Shown: piece by piece, positions 1 through 7,748 of the stretch
How positions within the stretch are numbered: the first letter of the stretch is position 1
How the letters are laid out: each line of letters starts with the position of its first letter
Source of the DNA: Candidatus Limnocylindria bacterium
GTDB lineage: Bacteria > Chloroflexota > Limnocylindria > P2-11E
Reading direction: 5' to 3'
Length of the DNA stretch: 61,486 bases
NCBI GenBank assembly: GCA_041493915.1
Contig: JBGPZT010000002.1
Coordinates: 1 to 61,486 of the forward strand
The notes under the pieces: model-generated
The model's input: only the letters and a program-made list of their open reading frames with translations
Database searches by the model: none
Told to the model about the DNA's origin: nothing
Translations under genes and position numbers: made by a program

Positions 1-306
1 GCGGCGACTTATCTGCGCTTCGCGCCGACCCCCGTGGTGCGCGAGGGCGGCGCGATCATCATCGCGGCGCAGCTCGACGAGGGCGCGGGCGATGGAGCGG
101 GGGAGCGGCGGTTCCTCGCTGCGCTGGAGCGCGCGGAGTCGCCCGCGGCCGTGGTCGACGCGGCGCGGCTTCATTTCGAAGGAGGCGAGCAGCGCGCGGT
201 CATGCTCGCGCTGACCCTGCAGCACTGCCTGGTGATCGTCGCGGCGTCCGAGGCGCCCGAGGTGGTGCGTCTCGCGAAGCTGCGCGCCGCCGTGGATGTC
301 GAGTAG
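1..306 (+). CDS. C-terminal fragment of a LarA/DUF2088-like protein (5' end outside window)
   Basis: The frame is open from the window edge to the stop at 304-306. The tail GGAIIIAAQLDEGAGDG...RRFL...GGEQRAVMLA loosely resembles the C-terminal part of nickel-dependent racemase-like proteins. This is a weak call from memory. Confidence 0.35.
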   Translation, partial: AATYLRFAPTPVVREGGAIIIAAQLDEGAGDGAGERRFLAALERAESPAAVVDAARLHFEGGEQRAVMLALTLQHCLVIVAASEAPEVVRLAKLRAAVDVE

Positions 307-413
307 GCGCTGGACATCGCGTACGAGCACATCGGCCGGCCGACGCGTGCGAGCGTGCTGCTGGTCCCGCACGCGCTTCACACGCTCCCGGTCGTCCAGC
401 CGCGCGCCGTCGC

Positions 414-1379
414 GTGAGCGCGGCCATGTCCAAGGCCGAGCGTCGCCGCCGGCCGCTCTCGAGCGAACAGCTCGCTCGGCTCCGCGACGCACTGGATCCT
501 GACGCCACTGACGTCAGCGCCCGGTCGCTTCTAGGTGGTGTGGACACCGCGACGTATGCGCTGCGACTCGCGCGCGACGGACGTGTACGCGAGGTCGTCG
601 TGCGCGTCTACCGCGACTGGGAGGGCGACGCCGCCGCGGCCGTGCAGCGCGAGCACGGCGTTCTCACCGCGGTCGCAACGGTGTCCGCGCTCACACCGCG
701 GCCGATCCTCGCTGATCCCTCGGGTGACCTGATCGGCGAACCGCTCATCGTCATGTCACTCCTCCCCGGTGCGCCGCAACCACCGACCGGGCAGGACGAT
801 GCGTGGACCGAACAGCTCGCGAGCGCTATGGCGGACGTGCACGCGACGCGGCTTGAAAGCCTGCCGAGCGACTTCCCGCGTCACGGAACAGCGGCGGAGC
901 GGCTCGCGCGGATCCTCAAAAGAGGCTCCGAGGTGCGCGATCCGCTGTGGGAGACCGTCGCGTCGACCCTCACGCCCATCGCGGCCCGCGTCCGAGCGAA
1001 TCCTCCGACGCTCATTCACGGAGACTTCTGGTTCGGCAACACGATCTGGCAGAACGGCAGCCTCACCGGCATCATCGATTGGGACGGTGCGGCCATCGCC
1101 GATCCTGCGCGGGATGTCGCCGGCGCGCGGAATGATCTCGCGCTGCTGAGCGGAGCGCGCGCGGCCGATCTCTTCCTGGCGCGTTACGAGTCAGCGCGCG
1201 GCCCATTGCACGATGTCGCGTTCTGGGATCTCTTGACCTCGCTCCCGCCGATCCGGTGGCTTCCAGACTGGGTCGAGGGCTACACCGAGCTCGGCCTTGA
1301 GCTCTCGCTCGCGGAAGCGCGCGCGCGGCTCGAGGCGCACGTCGCGGACGCGCTGGGCCGCCTCGAGCGCCCCGCGTGA
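414..1379 (+). CDS. Aminoglycoside/choline-kinase-like phosphotransferase (APH family)
   Basis: Has the catalytic loop HGDFWFGNTIW (HxDxxxxN) and the metal site IIDWDGAAIADPARD, in a 321-aa protein-kinase-like fold. Confidence 0.75.
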   Translation: MSAAMSKAERRRRPLSSEQLARLRDALDPDATDVSARSLLGGVDTATYALRLARDGRVREVVVRVYRDWEGDAAAAVQREHGVLTAVATVSALTPRPILADPSGDLIGEPLIVMSLLPGAPQPPTGQDDAWTEQLASAMADVHATRLESLPSDFPRHGTAAERLARILKRGSEVRDPLWETVASTLTPIAARVRANPPTLIHGDFWFGNTIWQNGSLTGIIDWDGAAIADPARDVAGARNDLALLSGARAADLFLARYESARGPLHDVAFWDLLTSLPPIRWLPDWVEGYTELGLELSLAEARARLEAHVADALGRLERPA

Positions 1380-1408
1380 CTTGGCGCGTCACTCGCTAGA
1401 GTCCCGCC

Positions 1409-1591
1409 GTGGGCTGTTGCCTGATGGGCTGTCTGCGGCTCCTGTTCTTCCAGCTCTGGAAGGTGCTTCTGGCCGCGCTGATCGCGGTCGTGTTCACGCG
1501 GGTCGACTCGTACGTCGAGGGGCGCCACCCCGACAGCACCGCGGGCAAGGCTTGGCGGTCGTATCGCGGACGGGGGAAGAAGAAACCATAG
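1409..1591 (+). CDS. Hypothetical small membrane protein
   Basis: 60-aa ORF with a hydrophobic N-terminal half (LRLLFFQLWKVLLAALIAVVF) and a basic tail. No family recognised. Confidence 0.25.
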   Translation: MGCCLMGCLRLLFFQLWKVLLAALIAVVFTRVDSYVEGRHPDSTAGKAWRSYRGRGKKKP

Positions 1592-1610
1592 TCAATTAGC
1601 CTTCGGTCCT

Positions 1611-2489
1611 GTGCCGGTCGCGATCTTCGACATGGACGGCGTGCTCTATCGGGGCAGCATCCTCATGCCGCATGCGAAGGAGACGCTCGAGCGTTTGCGC
1701 CGCGCGGGCTGGCAGGTCTTCTTCGCGACGAACAACTCGACCGCGACAGGTGAGGAGTACGTCCAGCGGCTCGGCAGGCTCGGCCTCGGCGGCGACGGCG
1801 ATCACATCGTCACGAGCGCCTACGCGACCGCGCACTACCTGGAGCGACTCGATCCGAAGCCGCGCGATGTCTTCGTGGTCGGCGCGAACGGACTGCGTGA
1901 GGAGATACGCGCGACGGGCATCGCGGTGCGCGATGCGTCGTCGCTCCCGGGTCTCGAGCCGCCCGGCACGGCGGCGGCCGACGGCGTCGATCCCGGCGCG
2001 ATGCGGCGCTACCTCACCGGTGTCACGCTGCCGTCGTCCGCGGATACGGTCGTCGTCGGCCTCGACCTTCATGTGACTTACGCGAAGATCGCCGAGGCGC
2101 AGCGCTGTGTCCTCGCCGGCGCGCGATTTGTCTGCTCGAACCGCGACCGCGCCTATCCCGTCGAGGGACGGCTCCTACCGGGTGCGGGAGCGATCGTCGC
2201 GGCGATCGAGGTCGCGACCGGTCGCAGCGCGATCTGCATCGGGAAGCCGGAACCGTTCCTGTTCGAGGAGGTGCTGCGCCGGGCGGGCGAGCGGGACGCG
2301 GTCGTCATCGGCGACTCGACGGACTACGACATGGTGGCGGCGCATCGCATCGGCGCACGGGGCGTGCTCATCCTGACCGGCCTGACGGACGAGAGCGCGG
2401 TCGAGCGCGCGCGGGGGGAGGCGGTGCCGGACCGGGTGATCACGTCGCTGCGGGAGCTCTTCGCGCTGCCGGAGTTCGCCGGGGCCTAG
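1611..2489 (+). CDS. HAD-superfamily hydrolase, subfamily IIA (NagD-like)
   Basis: Has HAD motif I FDMDGVLY, motif II FATNNS and C-terminal GDSTDYDM. 292 aa. Confidence 0.8.
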   Translation: MPVAIFDMDGVLYRGSILMPHAKETLERLRRAGWQVFFATNNSTATGEEYVQRLGRLGLGGDGDHIVTSAYATAHYLERLDPKPRDVFVVGANGLREEIRATGIAVRDASSLPGLEPPGTAAADGVDPGAMRRYLTGVTLPSSADTVVVGLDLHVTYAKIAEAQRCVLAGARFVCSNRDRAYPVEGRLLPGAGAIVAAIEVATGRSAICIGKPEPFLFEEVLRRAGERDAVVIGDSTDYDMVAAHRIGARGVLILTGLTDESAVERARGEAVPDRVITSLRELFALPEFAGA

Positions 2490-2496
2490 GTGGTGG

Positions 2497-2691
2497 TCAC
2501 TCCCAGGTGATGCCGCGCCCGTGAAAGAACTCGCGCAGATTCTCGGTCTGTGAATCGCGGCCGCCGCGATCGGTGCCGAGCGGCGACGCCGCGAGGGCGT
2601 CGACCGTCGTCGCGATGAGCGACAGCGCGAGGAGCGCTGCGAACAGGACCGCGCCGAGCGAACGGAGCGGAGTGCGAGCTGCGGAGATCAC
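2497..2691 (-). CDS. Mini-protein 2 (64 aa, not in ORF track): N-terminal hydrophobic segment, C-terminus ...FFHGRGITWE
   Basis: The GTG start at 2691 overlaps the stop of the upstream mini-ORF (GTGA). It has a TM/signal-like stretch LGAVLFAALLALSLIATTV. It ends in the same xTWE tag as the subtilase tail repeats. Confidence 0.45.
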   Translation of the reverse strand: MISAARTPLRSLGAVLFAALLALSLIATTVDALAASPLGTDRGGRDSQTENLREFFHGRGITWE

Positions 2692-2867
2692 TCTTCCCAG
2701 GTGACGCCGACCGGTTCGAAGAGCTGCCAGACCCGCTCCGCCGGACCGACCGTCCAGGCAGTTTCGCGGCCAGCCGGGATGTCTTTCGCGAACGCGTTTC
2801 CTGTGCTCGCGAGAAGTGTCAACGCGAGCGTCGCGGCGAAAGCGAGTCGGGTGAGCGCCTTCTTCAT
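2688..2867 (-). CDS. Mini-protein 1 (59 aa, not in ORF track): secreted, C-terminus ...EPVGVTWEE
   Basis: The ATG at 2867 lies 12 nt after the HD-GYP stop and is preceded by GAGGGGGAA (Shine-Dalgarno). It has a classical signal peptide, MKKALTRLAFAATLALTLLASTGNAFA-KD. Its C-terminal DNA tcccaggtgacgcc matches the 15-bp repeat unit of the subtilase tail. Confidence 0.55.
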   Translation of the reverse strand: MKKALTRLAFAATLALTLLASTGNAFAKDIPAGRETAWTVGPAERVWQLFEPVGVTWEE

Positions 2868-2879
2868 GTCGTTCCCCCT

Positions 2880-4265
2880 CTACAAAGACACGCGAACGGC
2901 CTCGACGGCCTGCTGATAGACCTGCTGGTGCGGGCTCTCGGCGCCGCGCGCGCTCTTGCGCCGCTCGCCGACCACGGTCTTGATGAAGGCCTCGACCACC
3001 ACCGGGTTGAACTGGGTGCCGCTGTTGGCCCGCAGCTCGCGCAGCGCCTGCTTGGCGCTCATCGCCGGACGGTAGGGCCGGCTCGCCGTCATGGCCTGGT
3101 AGGCGTCGGCGACGGCGATGATCTGCGCCGCCAGTGGGATCCTGTCCGCGCGCAGACCCTGCGGGTAGCCGGTGCCGTCGAAGCGCTCGTGGTGGCTGAG
3201 CACGATCGGCCGGATGCGCTCGAGCATCGGCACGTTCGAGAGCAGGTTGGCGCCGATGACCGGGTGCGCCTTGACCTCGGCCCACTCGCGCGCGTCGAGA
3301 GCGCTGGGCTTGCGCAGCAGGTGCTCGGGCACCCCGATGGTGCCGATGTCGTGGAAGAGCGCCCCGAGCTTGATCGCCGAGAGCTCGTCGTCCGAGCACC
3401 CCAGGTGGGTGGCGACCTGAACCGCATAGAACATCGTCTGCGCCGCGCCCTTGGCGGTGCGCGACTCCTTGGCTTCCAGAGCGCCGATGAGCGCGCCGAT
3501 CACGGACAGATGCGATTCCTCCAGGCGGTCGTTGGTGCGCCGCAGCATGTCGTTGACCGACTGAAGCTCCTCGTTGCGCGCGCGGACCTCGCTGCTCTTG
3601 GCCATGTACAGCTTGAAGCTGTACCAGGCGACGGCCAGGGGTAGGGTGAAGACCACCACGCCGAAGACCCCGAGAGCCTGCGAGGCGAGCGCCAGCGCGG
3701 CGCCCTGCGCCGCGGTGGCCAGGAAGTTCACCGGCATCCAGCTGTAGTTGGTGCGCCAGACCGCCGTGAAGCTCTGGCGCTCGCTGATCGCGATGACCAG
3801 CGCGGTCGTGGCGGTGTTCACCAGGAAGTACGCCGCGGCCGAGACCGCGACGGCAACGAGAGTGAGGGCGATCTCACCGGGCGGCACCTGCCCGCCCGCC
3901 AGGCGGTACACGATGCCGCCGACGAAGGCCGACGTCGTAAGGGACCCGGCGTTGAAGAGGGCTTTGAGCAGGGGCTTGCGCCGCGGGGTGAAGGCATTCA
4001 CGCCGGCCTGGAACAGGCTGACGAGGACCGCGACCTCGGTGCCGTACAGGACGTAGCTGGCGATGACCGCGGCGAAGCTGATGGAGATGGCGCTGGAGCG
4101 GAAGAGGAACACCGGCATGCGCTGGGCGGCGGCGGCCAGACCGATGAGGATCGCCAGCATCAGGGGGTCGACGCGCTCGAAGCTCACCGTGCGCAGCGAC
4201 TGCGCCAGAGCGGCGGCACCGAGCGCCGCAACGAAGAGGACGTAGACGCGAAGTCCTTGCCTCAT
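2880..4265 (-). CDS. HD-GYP domain c-di-GMP phosphodiesterase-type protein with a polytopic membrane N-terminal domain
   Basis: Carries HDIGTIGVP ... HHERFDGTGYPQGL (HD plus GYP), preceded by about 7 hydrophobic segments and a coiled linker. The start is placed at MRQGLRVYVLF (4265), forming an ATGA overlap with the subtilase stop. The longer ORF-track N-terminus (to 4436) is the antisense reading of the subtilase repeat. Confidence 0.85.
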   Translation of the reverse strand: MRQGLRVYVLFVAALGAAALAQSLRTVSFERVDPLMLAILIGLAAAAQRMPVFLFRSSAISISFAAVIASYVLYGTEVAVLVSLFQAGVNAFTPRRKPLLKALFNAGSLTTSAFVGGIVYRLAGGQVPPGEIALTLVAVAVSAAAYFLVNTATTALVIAISERQSFTAVWRTNYSWMPVNFLATAAQGAALALASQALGVFGVVVFTLPLAVAWYSFKLYMAKSSEVRARNEELQSVNDMLRRTNDRLEESHLSVIGALIGALEAKESRTAKGAAQTMFYAVQVATHLGCSDDELSAIKLGALFHDIGTIGVPEHLLRKPSALDAREWAEVKAHPVIGANLLSNVPMLERIRPIVLSHHERFDGTGYPQGLRADRIPLAAQIIAVADAYQAMTASRPYRPAMSAKQALRELRANSGTQFNPVVVEAFIKTVVGERRKSARGAESPHQQVYQQAVEAVRVSL

Positions 4266-5845
4266 CGTGGTGCGCCGTCCCACAGCGGATCTTGCTCCCG
4301 ACTTACGGTCTCCCACATGACGCCCTCCCAGCTGACGCTTTCCCATGTCACGCTCTCCCAGCTCACGCCTTCCCACGTCACGGCTTCCCAGGTCACGCCT
4401 TCCCATGTCACGCCATCCCAGGTGACGCCTTCCCATGTCGTGCCGTTACCCGCGACGCCGCTCTTCACGAGCGTCTGCATGAGCAACCGCGACGGGAGCA
4501 GATTCGTGTTCACGTCACGCCGGCTCGCCGTCAGCGCCTTTATCGCGTCGACGGCCTCCCGCGGCGTTCCCGCGAGATCGCGGCCGGACCCGATGACGGC
4601 GCCTTTGACCTTCGTCGGCGAGTAGTCCCGGTGTTGGCTGAGCACGAGCGCCGCGACGCCCGCGACCATCGCGCTCGACACCGACGTGCCCGACATCCGC
4701 AGGTAGAGCGTCGGATCGAAGCTCCGGCTCGACGTCTCGTGCCTGTCGCCGCCCTTGTCCATCGCCTCCGCCTTCGCGTCGCGCGAAGTAGCGGCGTTGG
4801 CGCGAAGTGACACGACTCGGCGGCCGGGCGCGAGCACGTCCGGCTTCGCGAAGCGGTCGAGTGTCAGACCGCGGCTGGAGAAGGGCGACTCGCGGTCGTC
4901 CTGCTCCGCGAGCGTGCCCTGGTCGTCGAAGCTCCCGACCGTGATCACGAACGGGTCGGCGCCGGGGGTCGAGACCTTACGTGCGCCCGGACCGTCGTTG
5001 CCCGCTGCGGCGACGACCGCGACGCCCGAGAACCACGCGGCCTCCGCGAGCGCCGCGAGCAGATCCGCGTGATACGAGGAGGTCTGCGTCGTGCCGATCG
5101 AGAGGTTGAGGACGCCGATGCCGAACTGCTTGCGATGCTTGAGCAGCCAATCGAACGCCGCGACCACGTCGTGCAAGCGCCCGTTGCCGTTCTTGTCCAG
5201 CACGCGCAGGTCGACGAGACGCGCGTCCGGAGCGACACCGCGGAACGTCTCGCCGTGACCGGCGATGACGCCTGCCAGGTGCGTACCGTGGCCGGCCGGA
5301 TCGAGCGACGTCGCGTTGTCCGCGACGAAGTTCATCCGGGCGACGACCTTGCCCGCCGGAAGATCGGGGTGCTTACCGATGCCGCTGTCCATGAGCGCGA
5401 CGACGACGCCGGCTCCGGTCGAGCGGGACCACGCGCTCGGGGCGTGGATCGCCGCGTTGCCGACGCTGACCGCACTCGAGTTGTCGCCGATGCGGTCGAG
5501 ATCGCCCGGGCCGCCGCCCGTCGCGACGACGGTCGCGTCGGTGGTGGCACGCAGCACCGAGCGATCGGTGCCGATGTTCAAGAGAGCGGCGTCACTCACG
5601 CGGGCACTCACGATGTCGACGCCGTCGAAGACGGTGACGTCGGTGGAGCCGGCGGTGATCAGGTCCCTGGCCACGGTCCATGCCGTGCCCATGGAGACCT
5701 GGAGAAGAGCAACGTCACCGGCGTGAAGGGCGGGATCGACGTCGACGCGCGCGACGGAGGCGCGGCCAGTCCACGCGGTCCCGATGAGCAGCGCGAAGAT
5801 CAAGATCGGCGTGATCGATCGTCCAACGGCGCGCTGCTTCCCCAC
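4262..5845 (-). CDS. Secreted S8 subtilisin-family serine peptidase with a C-terminal V[TS]WEx pentapeptide repeat tail
   Basis: The catalytic triad contexts are ALMDSGIGKHPDL (Asp), HGTHLAGVIAG (His) and MSGTSVSSAMVAGVAAL (Ser). It has an N-terminal signal/TM. The tail is TTWEGVTWDGVTWEGVTWEAVTWEGVSWESVTWESVSWEGVMWET. Confidence 0.9.
   Translation of the reverse strand: MGKQRAVGRSITPILIFALLIGTAWTGRASVARVDVDPALHAGDVALLQVSMGTAWTVARDLITAGSTDVTVFDGVDIVSARVSDAALLNIGTDRSVLRATTDATVVATGGGPGDLDRIGDNSSAVSVGNAAIHAPSAWSRSTGAGVVVALMDSGIGKHPDLPAGKVVARMNFVADNATSLDPAGHGTHLAGVIAGHGETFRGVAPDARLVDLRVLDKNGNGRLHDVVAAFDWLLKHRKQFGIGVLNLSIGTTQTSSYHADLLAALAEAAWFSGVAVVAAAGNDGPGARKVSTPGADPFVITVGSFDDQGTLAEQDDRESPFSSRGLTLDRFAKPDVLAPGRRVVSLRANAATSRDAKAEAMDKGGDRHETSSRSFDPTLYLRMSGTSVSSAMVAGVAALVLSQHRDYSPTKVKGAVIGSGRDLAGTPREAVDAIKALTASRRDVNTNLLPSRLLMQTLVKSGVAGNGTTWEGVTWDGVTWEGVTWEAVTWEGVSWESVTWESVSWEGVMWETVSREQDPLWDGAPR
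4311..4445 (-). repeat. Nine tandem 15-bp coding repeats (plus-strand unit tcccaNgtcacgcct, encoding x-V-T/S-W-E)
   Basis: Counted directly: units start at 4311, 4326, 4341, 4356, 4371, 4386, 4401, 4416 and 4431. Differences between units fall mostly at codon third positions. Confidence 0.9.
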
Positions 5846-6063
5846 GGGTGTAGTTGTGGGCCCCGGTCACTCTTTGGTCATCACCCGCCTGGGTGAAGGG
5901 GAGTACGTGCGAGTTACACCCGATACGCGACAGAGACCCGCTTTCCGTCGCGGATGCGGACGACTAGATCAATCGGTGTAGAGCCGGCGCCTCGACGACC
6001 GCGAATTGATGAGGAGCGTCTGCGCCGCGCTACTGAGAGATGACAGAGCGCGATGCCGGCGCG

Positions 6064-7074
6064 CTACGGGTGCACGCCGACCGCGCGCATCGCGACCGCG
6101 ATGACGTAGCCCAGGGCGAAGCAACCCGGGATCGTGAGCACCCACGCGGTGACGATCCGTCCCGCTATACCCCAGCGCACGGCGGACAGGCGGCGGGTGG
6201 AACCGACGCCGAGGATCGCGCCGGAGATGGCGTGCGTCGTGGAGATCGGGATGCCGAAGCGCGTCGCGATCTCGATCACGGTGCCGGCGGTCGTCTCCGC
6301 CGCGAATCCCTGCACGGGCGTGAGCTTGGTGATCCGCACGCCCATCGTCTTCATGATCCGCCAGCCACCGGTCGCGGTGCCGACGCCGATGCTGATCGCG
6401 CAGACGACCTTCACCCAATCCGGGATGTAGAAATCGGCGCCGGTGGGAACGGCACCATACGCGGCCAGCGCGAGCGCGATGATGCCCATCGTCTTCTGCC
6501 CGTCGTTGCCGCCGTGGCTGAAGGCCATGTACGCGCTCGAAAGGATCTGCGCGCGCCCGAAGAAGCGCTGCACCCAGCTGAATGACGTGTTCCGCAGGAT
6601 CCAATAGAGCGCGAGCATGAGGAGGTATCCGACGAGGAATGCGAGCGCCGGAGAGTACACGACACCGAAGGTCGTCTTCTCTAATCCACCGACGATGACC
6701 ACGTCCGCGCCGTGGATGGCGACGGAGGCCCCGATGATCGAGAAGATCAGCGCGTGGCTCGATGATGTCGGGAGCGCGAAGAACCAGGTGAGGAGGTCCC
6801 ACGCGATCGCAGCGATGAGCGCGGCGATGACGAGGTCCTGCGTGACCACTTTCGCGTCGACGATGCCGTTCCCGACCGTCTTCGCCACGGCGACGCCCGA
6901 GAGCGCGCCGACGAGGTTCAGGCTCCCGGCCATCAGCACGGCCTGCCCCGGGGTCAGGACGCGTGTCGCCACGACGGTCGCGATGGCATTCGCCGCGTCG
7001 TGGAAGCCGTTGACGTACTCGAAGATCACGCCGAGCAGGACGACGAGCGCGAGCAGGATGAACGCGTTATCCAA
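6064..7074 (-). CDS. pit: Inorganic phosphate transporter, PiT family
   Basis: Has NGFHDAANAIATVV in the N-terminal half and GGNDGQKTMG in the second half (duplicated PHO4 signature). Polytopic, 336 aa. Confidence 0.9.
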   Translation of the reverse strand: MDNAFILLALVVLLGVIFEYVNGFHDAANAIATVVATRVLTPGQAVLMAGSLNLVGALSGVAVAKTVGNGIVDAKVVTQDLVIAALIAAIAWDLLTWFFALPTSSSHALIFSIIGASVAIHGADVVIVGGLEKTTFGVVYSPALAFLVGYLLMLALYWILRNTSFSWVQRFFGRAQILSSAYMAFSHGGNDGQKTMGIIALALAAYGAVPTGADFYIPDWVKVVCAISIGVGTATGGWRIMKTMGVRITKLTPVQGFAAETTAGTVIEIATRFGIPISTTHAISGAILGVGSTRRLSAVRWGIAGRIVTAWVLTIPGCFALGYVIAVAMRAVGVHP

Positions 7075-7086
7075 GCCCGTTCGCTC

Positions 7087-7704
7087 CTAGCTGTGCTTGA
7101 TCACGATCATCTCGACGATGTTCGCGACATCCTCACAACGGTCGATCGCCACTTCGATCAGCGAGTGGATGTCCTTCCACTTGATGATCTCGATCGGGTC
7201 CGTGACGTTCGCGAAGAGGTCGCCCACTGCGTCGCGGAAGACCTGGTCGCCCTCGTTCTCGAAGGTGTGGATCTTGATCCAGTACGGCTCCAGGCCCTTG
7301 AGCCCTTCGAGCGCCTTCATCATCGTGACCATCTCGGTCGCCGCGCCGACCAGCGCCTTCACCTGGCGGATCGCCTGCGGCCGCACGCTCCGGACCTTGT
7401 AGAGCAGGATGAGCTCGCTCACGTCGTACGCGACGTCGGCGACGTCGTCGAGCTTCGAGGCGAGACCGATGATGTCCTCGCGGTCGAGCGGCGTAACGAA
7501 CGTCTCGTTCAGATTCTTGAAGATCGCATGGGTCAGCTTGTCGCCGTAGTGCTCGATCGCGTGGATGTCGCGCACCTTGCTCTCGACGTCGGTGAAATCG
7601 GTCAGCAACCGCTCGAGCGCGACCACCGCCTCGCGGCTGTTCGTCGCGTGCTGGTCGAACTGGGTGAAGAAGAAGCTCTTCTTCGGCATCAGCGACAGGC
7701 GCAT
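7087..7704 (-). CDS. DUF47 (PhoU-like) phosphate-transport accessory protein
   Basis: 205-aa helical protein immediately upstream of pit, the usual DUF47-PiT pair. Contains ...DREDIIGLASKLDDVADV... . Confidence 0.8.
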   Translation of the reverse strand: MRLSLMPKKSFFFTQFDQHATNSREAVVALERLLTDFTDVESKVRDIHAIEHYGDKLTHAIFKNLNETFVTPLDREDIIGLASKLDDVADVAYDVSELILLYKVRSVRPQAIRQVKALVGAATEMVTMMKALEGLKGLEPYWIKIHTFENEGDQVFRDAVGDLFANVTDPIEIIKWKDIHSLIEVAIDRCEDVANIVEMIVIKHS

Positions 7705-7748
7705 CCAGGTCCTCCTTCGCGGGACAGATACGAGACTCGTCGGTCAGG

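Noticed and set aside
4311-4445. Possible CRISPR array, considered because of regularly spaced short repeats here and at 49980-51650.
   Set aside because: The repeats are contiguous (no spacers), have periods of 15, 9 or 36 bp, are in frame and lie inside long ORFs. No cas genes are present.
4257-4625. The plus-strand 122-aa ORF with HVTPSQ-type repeats, and the MGRRHLGWRDMGRRDLG... N-terminal extension of the HD-GYP ORF (to 4436).
   Set aside because: Both are alternative readings of the subtilase 15-bp repeat array. The HD-GYP gene has a natural ATG at 4265 overlapping the subtilase stop, and the repeat frame with catalytic-domain continuity is the subtilase frame.
5846-6063. The 218-nt gap upstream of the subtilase gene, inspected for a riboswitch (especially c-di-GMP classes) or terminator.
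   Set aside because: No GGCAAAC / ACGCAAAGC-type core or other recognisable aptamer block was found by eye, and there was no convincing hairpin plus U-tract. It is left unannotated.
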